Made by a program: the position numbers and the translations under genes. Below, piece by piece: positions 50,671-55,925 of a DNA stretch of 55,925 nt; position 1 is the stretch's first letter, and the number at the start of each line of letters is the position of its first letter. The stretch lies in NCBI GenBank assembly GCA_944336335.1, contig CALVLC010000024.1:1-55925 (forward strand). Direction: 5' to 3'. Under the pieces are notes generated by a model. It worked only from the letters and a program-made list of their open reading frames with translations. It ran no database searches and was not told the origin of the DNA. The stretch is from an uncultured Bacilli bacterium. Lineage in GTDB: Bacteria > Bacillota_I > Bacilli_A > RFN20 > CAG-826.

Positions 50671-53082
50671 TTAAAATTTAACTTTTTTAGCGGCTTTAGC
50701 AAATTTAATCAAGAAAATAATATAATTGACTAAAGTTAATTCGCCATTAGCGGCTTTAATCATGTGTTTAAATAAACCTGGAGTCAAACTGCCTCCGCCA
50801 AAAGTGCATAAAGATCTAAAAGGCATCTCCATAAGAGAAGCGTAAACCATTCTATTTTTAACTATTTCATCTCTTTTAGAAATAATATTTGCAAAGTTTC
50901 TACCAACCCAAGTAGTTCTCATTTCAGAGAAATTCGAGTTCATTGAGAATTTCTCATTGCGCTTAAATGATTTTAATAAGGCATCATTATCAAAAAGTTT
51001 GGCAAATTCGTCAATATCTAAGAAACGAATATCACATTCAAAATATTTTTTAAGAACGACTTTGTCATACCCTAAAATATCATTTTCTTCATTCACTATG
51101 ACTTCTTGATTGAAAATATGATCATGTGCATTTTTTGAAATATGGAAAATATATTTTCCATTTTGAATATTCCATTTTTTCAAATTGACGTCAAAATATT
51201 TTAAAGCTTCTTCATCAAGTTCAAACTCGACTTTAACGGTTTCATGTGCCTTTATTAAAACTTTCTTAAAATCGACAAGTTCATACTTCGCATTAAAAAT
51301 TTTGTCATTTGGTTTTGTAATATAAATTTGAACAACTTCTTTTCCATCGATATCGCTATCATTTGTAACATTGCAACTTAATTTGATTTTGTATTGATTT
51401 TTCTTAGAAAACCCTGCAAAATCCACTTTAAATTCAGAATATAGGAAATTTGAATAACTTAAACCATAGCCAAAAGGATATAAAACTGGAACACCTTTTG
51501 TTTCATAATATCTATAGCCAACATAAATCGATTCTTTATATGTTGCATTTTTATTGCTTACTCCAAAATAAGCAAAAGATGGAACTGTATTTAATCTAAG
51601 AGGCATAGTTTCAGCAAGATGACCACATGGATTTGCTTTGCCATAAAGTAAGTCAACAATAGCTTCACCACATCCTTCACCACCAAGATATGCTTCAACA
51701 AGCCCTTTAACTTCATTGTTAAATGGAATTTCAACAGGCGCACCATTTTGCAAAACAACAACTATATTTTTGTTTACGTTATAAAGTTTATAGAAAAGAT
51801 CGACTTGGTTAATGAACAAATCAAGATTACGACGGTCATAGCCTTCACTTTCTATTTCACTATTTGTTCCTAAAAACATGACAACCTTTTCACTTTTTTT
51901 AGCAAGTTCAATTGCTTCGGCTTCAAGGGATAAATCAATATCATCATTTAATGTATTGAACCCTTTTGCAAAAGAAACATTGCATTCTTTTTCTTCGACA
52001 ACATCTAAAGGTGTTTTAAGCTTATATGGAGTAACCAAGCTACTACCTTTCCCATTGTAATGAGGAGTTAAAGCATATTCACCGATAAAAGCAACTTTTT
52101 CTCTCTTTTTTAATGGCAAAATATTGCCTTCATTCTTTAAAAGAACAATAGACTCTTTAGCGATATAGACTGCTTCTTCATGAGCTTTATCTAAATCAAA
52201 CTCTTCTTCATCTTTTTTAAGATCTTGATATTTTTTAATAAAATCAAATGTACAATTTAAGCTTTCATCAACAATTTTTTTAAAATCATCTTTTTCTTTA
52301 TATTCTTTTGCTAATGCTTTGTAATTTTCCTTTGTTGCAACAGGCATAATTTCATTAAGCCCAGCTCTTATAGCTTTTACAGGGTCATTTACTGCCCCCC
52401 AATCAGAAATAACAAGACCTTTATAATTCCATTCATCACGTAAAATATCTCTTAAAAGGAAAGAACTTTCGCAAGCATAATCTCCATTAACCTTATTATA
52501 ACTTGCCATTATAGTGCCTGGATTTGCTTTTTTAATAGCAATTTCGAATCCTTTTAAATAGATTTCTCTCATAGTTCGCATATCAACTACAGAGTTAATG
52601 TTCATTCTAAAGTTTTCTTGGTTATTTAAAGCAAAATGTTTAATTGATGTCGCAACACCTTGATCTTCAACACCTTTTATATAACTTGCCGCTAGTTCTC
52701 CAGTTAAATATGGATCTTCGCTGATATATTCAAAATTTCTACCACAAAGTGGATTTCTTTTAATATTGATGGCAGGTCCAAGCAAGCAATGGATTCCACG
52801 ACTTTTAGCTTCTTTGCCTAAAATAGTGCCAAGTTTATATAATAAATCACGGTCAAAACTAGCAGCCGTTAAACTAGACGTTGGAAAACAAATTGATTCT
52901 TTTCCTTCGGCAAATAATGAATCTTCTGGCAAGCATTCCCTTATTCCATATGGACCATCAGAAAAATGTACTTCGTTTATACCTAATTCTTGATGAGAAA
53001 AAAGATACCACGATTCTTTCCCACCCAATTCTTTAATTTTCTCTTCACTTGATAACTTAGAAATAATTTCATTGTTTTCCAT
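50671..53082 (-). CDS. GH3 beta-glucosidase with Fn3-like domain
   Basis: SDGPYG, GRNFEY.SEDP, KHFALN, ISDWG, ESIVLLKN, YPFGYGLSY, GKEVVQIY. Start at Met7 of the ORF. Confidence 0.95.
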   Translation of the reverse strand: MENNEIISKLSSEEKIKELGGKESWYLFSHQELGINEVHFSDGPYGIRECLPEDSLFAEGKESICFPTSSLTAASFDRDLLYKLGTILGKEAKSRGIHCLLGPAINIKRNPLCGRNFEYISEDPYLTGELAASYIKGVEDQGVATSIKHFALNNQENFRMNINSVVDMRTMREIYLKGFEIAIKKANPGTIMASYNKVNGDYACESSFLLRDILRDEWNYKGLVISDWGAVNDPVKAIRAGLNEIMPVATKENYKALAKEYKEKDDFKKIVDESLNCTFDFIKKYQDLKKDEEEFDLDKAHEEAVYIAKESIVLLKNEGNILPLKKREKVAFIGEYALTPHYNGKGSSLVTPYKLKTPLDVVEEKECNVSFAKGFNTLNDDIDLSLEAEAIELAKKSEKVVMFLGTNSEIESEGYDRRNLDLFINQVDLFYKLYNVNKNIVVVLQNGAPVEIPFNNEVKGLVEAYLGGEGCGEAIVDLLYGKANPCGHLAETMPLRLNTVPSFAYFGVSNKNATYKESIYVGYRYYETKGVPVLYPFGYGLSYSNFLYSEFKVDFAGFSKKNQYKIKLSCNVTNDSDIDGKEVVQIYITKPNDKIFNAKYELVDFKKVLIKAHETVKVEFELDEEALKYFDVNLKKWNIQNGKYIFHISKNAHDHIFNQEVIVNEENDILGYDKVVLKKYFECDIRFLDIDEFAKLFDNDALLKSFKRNEKFSMNSNFSEMRTTWVGRNFANIISKRDEIVKNRMVYASLMEMPFRSLCTFGGGSLTPGLFKHMIKAANGELTLVNYIIFLIKFAKAAKKVKF

Positions 53083-53422
53083 ACTTAAATGCCTCAACAA
53101 TAGTCTTTAATTTAAATTGTAAAAGTGGAAATTCATTTAAAATAATGTCATACATATCAGTATAGGCAATTCCATCATTTACAAATATTAATTCTTTATA
53201 TTTATTTATTTTATTAAAATCAATCTCAGGATATTTGTTTATGAGTTCTGGCTGCTTAAAAATCATTTTGATAATCATATCAATCATATAAAAACAAAAA
53301 CAAGTCGCGTCAAAACTTTTCTCATCACGTATAAATTCTTCAACGTTCTTTTCGCCAAGATAACGGCTAGCTTTATTTATATAACGATACAAGCCAAAAA
53401 TTAGTTCTTCTTGTTCACTCAT
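53069..53422 (-). CDS. DUF86/HepT-like (HEPN-fold) protein, degenerate
   Basis: EEFIRDEKSFDA, KYPEIDF and DII.NEFP.L follow the DUF86 pattern; no RxxxxH motif. Confidence 0.55.
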   Translation of the reverse strand: MSEQEELIFGLYRYINKASRYLGEKNVEEFIRDEKSFDATCFCFYMIDMIIKMIFKQPELINKYPEIDFNKINKYKELIFVNDGIAYTDMYDIILNEFPLLQFKLKTIVEAFKYGKQ

Positions 53423-54075
53423 AAAATTTCTTTCAAATTTTCGAATTTATCAAAATAATAATCAGGTTTTGCGTTTTTAATTTCTTCTTGATTGCCATAT
53501 CCAAAAGAAAAAATAACACATTCCAACTTGGCGTTTTTTGCCGTTTCTAAATCAACAATACTATCACCAACATAAATTCCATTCTCACTTTTTAAATTAA
53601 GTTCCTTAAAAATTTTATTTAAAAGTGTTATATCAGGTTTTGGTGGAAAATTATTGTCTTGTCCTTGAATATAATCAAATTCAATCATACCTAACTTGTT
53701 TTTAATTAGTTTTTGTAGGATATCATTTGGTTTATTTGAATAGATTACTAACTTATAACCTTTTTCTTTTAAATAGGTTAATGTTTCTATTGCTCCATTA
53801 AATGGCTCACTAATATATTGGCACTTCTCATAATTTTTTAAATATAAATCAAATTCAGCATCGGTAAAACTATTTTTAGTAGCTAAAGTAAAAAGTCTTC
53901 TTGCTCCTCTTCCAATAAAAGACTTAACTTCTTCTTTGGAATAATAATAAGGTTTATTGATTTCTTTTAAAGTAAGATTAACAGCTTCGGTTAAACCAAT
54001 TAAAGTGTCAATTAATGTTCCATCTAAATCAAAAACAACAAAGTTTTTCATAAATTTCAATAAATATCGTATCAA
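53419..54075 (-). CDS. HAD-family hydrolase (phosphoglycolate phosphatase-like)
   Basis: FDLDGTLID, SNKP, KPD, VGDSIVD. Start is probably Met9. Confidence 0.92.
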   Translation of the reverse strand: MIRYLLKFMKNFVVFDLDGTLIDTLIGLTEAVNLTLKEINKPYYYSKEEVKSFIGRGARRLFTLATKNSFTDAEFDLYLKNYEKCQYISEPFNGAIETLTYLKEKGYKLVIYSNKPNDILQKLIKNKLGMIEFDYIQGQDNNFPPKPDITLLNKIFKELNLKSENGIYVGDSIVDLETAKNAKLECVIFSFGYGNQEEIKNAKPDYYFDKFENLKEIL

Positions 54076-54215
54076 AAAGAATCTAATAATTAAATAATAA
54101 AATCATAAAAATAGTTATATTTTGTTTAAAATTTCAAGCACTCATAGATAAAATTTAAATAAACTATTTTATTCCATAGATTTTTAAACCAAAAAAATAT
54201 TTAGTGACTAAAATT

Positions 54216-54249
54216 AAAAAGAAATCGTCACGACTTAAGACGATTTCTT
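54216..54249 (-). terminator. Intrinsic terminator after the glycosyltransferase
   Basis: AAGAAATCGTC-N9-GACGATTTCTT with a T run on the minus strand. Confidence 0.75.
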
Positions 54250-54297
54250 GACTAACTTTTATTGTTAATGAGTTTTAATCAAAATCCTACTACCAAA

Positions 54298-55314
54298 TTA
54301 TTTATTCTCTTTTTTAGATTTCAATAAATCTTCATAAATAACTTTAATTTTACTTCCAATATTTTTCAGATCTCTTTCTTTAGCAACTTCAAATCCTTCA
54401 CTTACTATCGAAGAATTGTCTGTTTCTAAAATTTTTGTAATTAGAGAAGAAAATTCTTCATTATTTTTGCCCATGTAACAATTTTTATTATTAACTAGCC
54501 AGCCATCATAAACTCCAATATTTCTAACTAAAAGTGGAGTTTTACTAGCTAAAGCCTCTAATACGACAATACCTTCGGTTTCTTCATAAGATGGGAAGAA
54601 AAATAATGAAGCGTATTGATATGCACCCTTAATAATATTACCTGAAATATAGCCTGGCATAATTACATTGCTAGGTCTTTTTCTAATACATTTAAGAATG
54701 TATGGTTGAACAAGAATTCTATTGAGGTGTCCAAACCGAATAAATTTTAATTCAGGGTGTTTTCTTGCCACTTCAAAAAAATCTTGAATTCCCTTTCTTC
54801 TAAATGGTAAGCCTACACCAATAACAACTTTTTCGCCATCTTTTATATTGAAATACTTTTTAAATTCATTTACTGCTTCTGGATTTTCTTTATATTCTTC
54901 AATATCTATACCATTAGATAGATCAACAACATTTTTATTATATCCATAGGATAGAATTAATTTTTTTGAATAAGGAGTTGGAGTAACGATTAGATCAGCT
55001 ATGGAATACATTTTTTTAAGCTGACGATAAACATAAATCGCCATAACCTTCCATAATCTAAAAGAATTTCTAAAATCTTCCCTTGTAGAATGGCCATGAA
55101 CAATTAAAGGAATTCCTTTTCTTTTACACTTTTTTGCAATAGAGAAAGAACTTAAATAATAAGTATTAATATGCGCGATATCAAAATCATCTTTAGGATT
55201 TAATGTATATTCTATACCATTTTCAGAACAAGCTTTCATCTGATGTCTTAAAGCTCTTCCAATACCACTGTATCTGATTGATTTTTCACTTCCAAAATAT
55301 AACAAAACTTTCAT
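54298..55314 (-). CDS. GT4 glycosyltransferase (CpoA/glycolipid synthase-like)
   Basis: SGIGRA, HGHST.EDFRNSF, RKGI.DF, FPSYEETEGIVVLEALA. Start at Met14 of the ORF. Confidence 0.92.
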   Translation of the reverse strand: MKVLLYFGSEKSIRYSGIGRALRHQMKACSENGIEYTLNPKDDFDIAHINTYYLSSFSIAKKCKRKGIPLIVHGHSTREDFRNSFRLWKVMAIYVYRQLKKMYSIADLIVTPTPYSKKLILSYGYNKNVVDLSNGIDIEEYKENPEAVNEFKKYFNIKDGEKVVIGVGLPFRRKGIQDFFEVARKHPELKFIRFGHLNRILVQPYILKCIRKRPSNVIMPGYISGNIIKGAYQYASLFFFPSYEETEGIVVLEALASKTPLLVRNIGVYDGWLVNNKNCYMGKNNEEFSSLITKILETDNSSIVSEGFEVAKERDLKNIGSKIKVIYEDLLKSKKENK

Positions 55315-55434
55315 GTCATTAATTATATCATACGAACTCCATATTTGTTTCAATTAGTATGTTTTATCAAAACTTTTTACATAACGAAAATCAAGATCTA
55401 TAAAGATGTCGTACGCATTTTCTTTAAAAAGTAT

Positions 55435-55462
55435 AAAAAGGCCACCACATTTCGTGGTGACC
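55435..55462 (-). terminator. Intrinsic terminator after rplQ
   Basis: GGTCACCAC-GAAAT-GTGGTGGCC-TTTTT on the minus strand. Confidence 0.8.
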
Positions 55463-55536
55463 GAAAATTAATAATATTTTTTAAATACTTACAAACCTTA
55501 ATAGTTTGTAAAATTTTGACTTTAAAAATTATATTA

Positions 55537-55925
55537 TTAATCAGCAAAAGTAAGAAGTCTAATTGGAGCGTTATCGCCTTTTCTATTAGCAAGTTTATAA
55601 ACTTTTAAATAACCACCATTTCTATTTTCAAATTTCTTACTTAAATCAGCAAATAATTTTGTTAAAGCTTCAGGTTTGTCTTCAACATGATAATTTCTTA
55701 AGATACTTGCTGCTTGTCTGCGTGAATGTAAATCGCCTTTTTTAGCAAGTGTTACTAAGTGATCAAATGTTTTTACAACATCTTTAACCATACTTCTTGT
55801 AACAGTTACTTTTTCAAAAAGTACTAATTCAGTAACAAGATTTCTAACTTGTGCTTTCTTTTTGCTTGAGGTATAAGGGGTCTTAAATCTAACGCCACCT
55901 TTACCATGTACATTTTTTCTACCGA
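55537..55925 (-). CDS. rplQ: 50S ribosomal protein L17, start beyond window edge
   Basis: Open frame GRKNVHGKGGVRFKTPYTSSKKKAQVRNLVTELV..LVTLAKKGDLHSRRQA..RNGGY..RKGDNAP. Confidence 0.95.
   Translation of the reverse strand, partial: GRKNVHGKGGVRFKTPYTSSKKKAQVRNLVTELVLFEKVTVTRSMVKDVVKTFDHLVTLAKKGDLHSRRQAASILRNYHVEDKPEALTKLFADLSKKFENRNGGYLKVYKLANRKGDNAPIRLLTFAD

Overview
AT-rich chromosomal segment of a small-genome Bacilli/Mollicutes-like bacterium, probably an uncultivated RFN20-type lineage (taxonomy is inference). TGA and TAG end genes, so this is not genetic code 4. Most of the window is housekeeping: a tRNA cluster, a complete atpBEFHAGDC operon, rdgB, ldh, mgsA, rimO, malQ, a cadA operon, sdaA, whiA, coaD, rsmD, def, rnj, maf, nadK, spx and rplQ. 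Accessory genes include an M6 protease lipoprotein, a DUF4011 helicase-nuclease, ABC transporters and a GH3 glycosidase. The most unusual locus is 24.78-27.96 kb: two tandem paralogous TnpB/Cas12f-like genes with no transposase or CRISPR array, one with an intact RuvC triad and one predicted nuclease-dead. Both end in a beta-clamp-binding-like motif (QLSLF / QLELF) and both are preceded by a related structured element with a compensatory base change. They are followed by an inverted, anticodon-less copy of the neighbouring tRNA-Thr gene and its upstream region. Genome-level signals: the only two in-frame CGG codons I found sit at Trp-consensus positions (candidate CGG->Trp reassignment), and many operon-first genes look leaderless. 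All calls are by eye; no searches were run.
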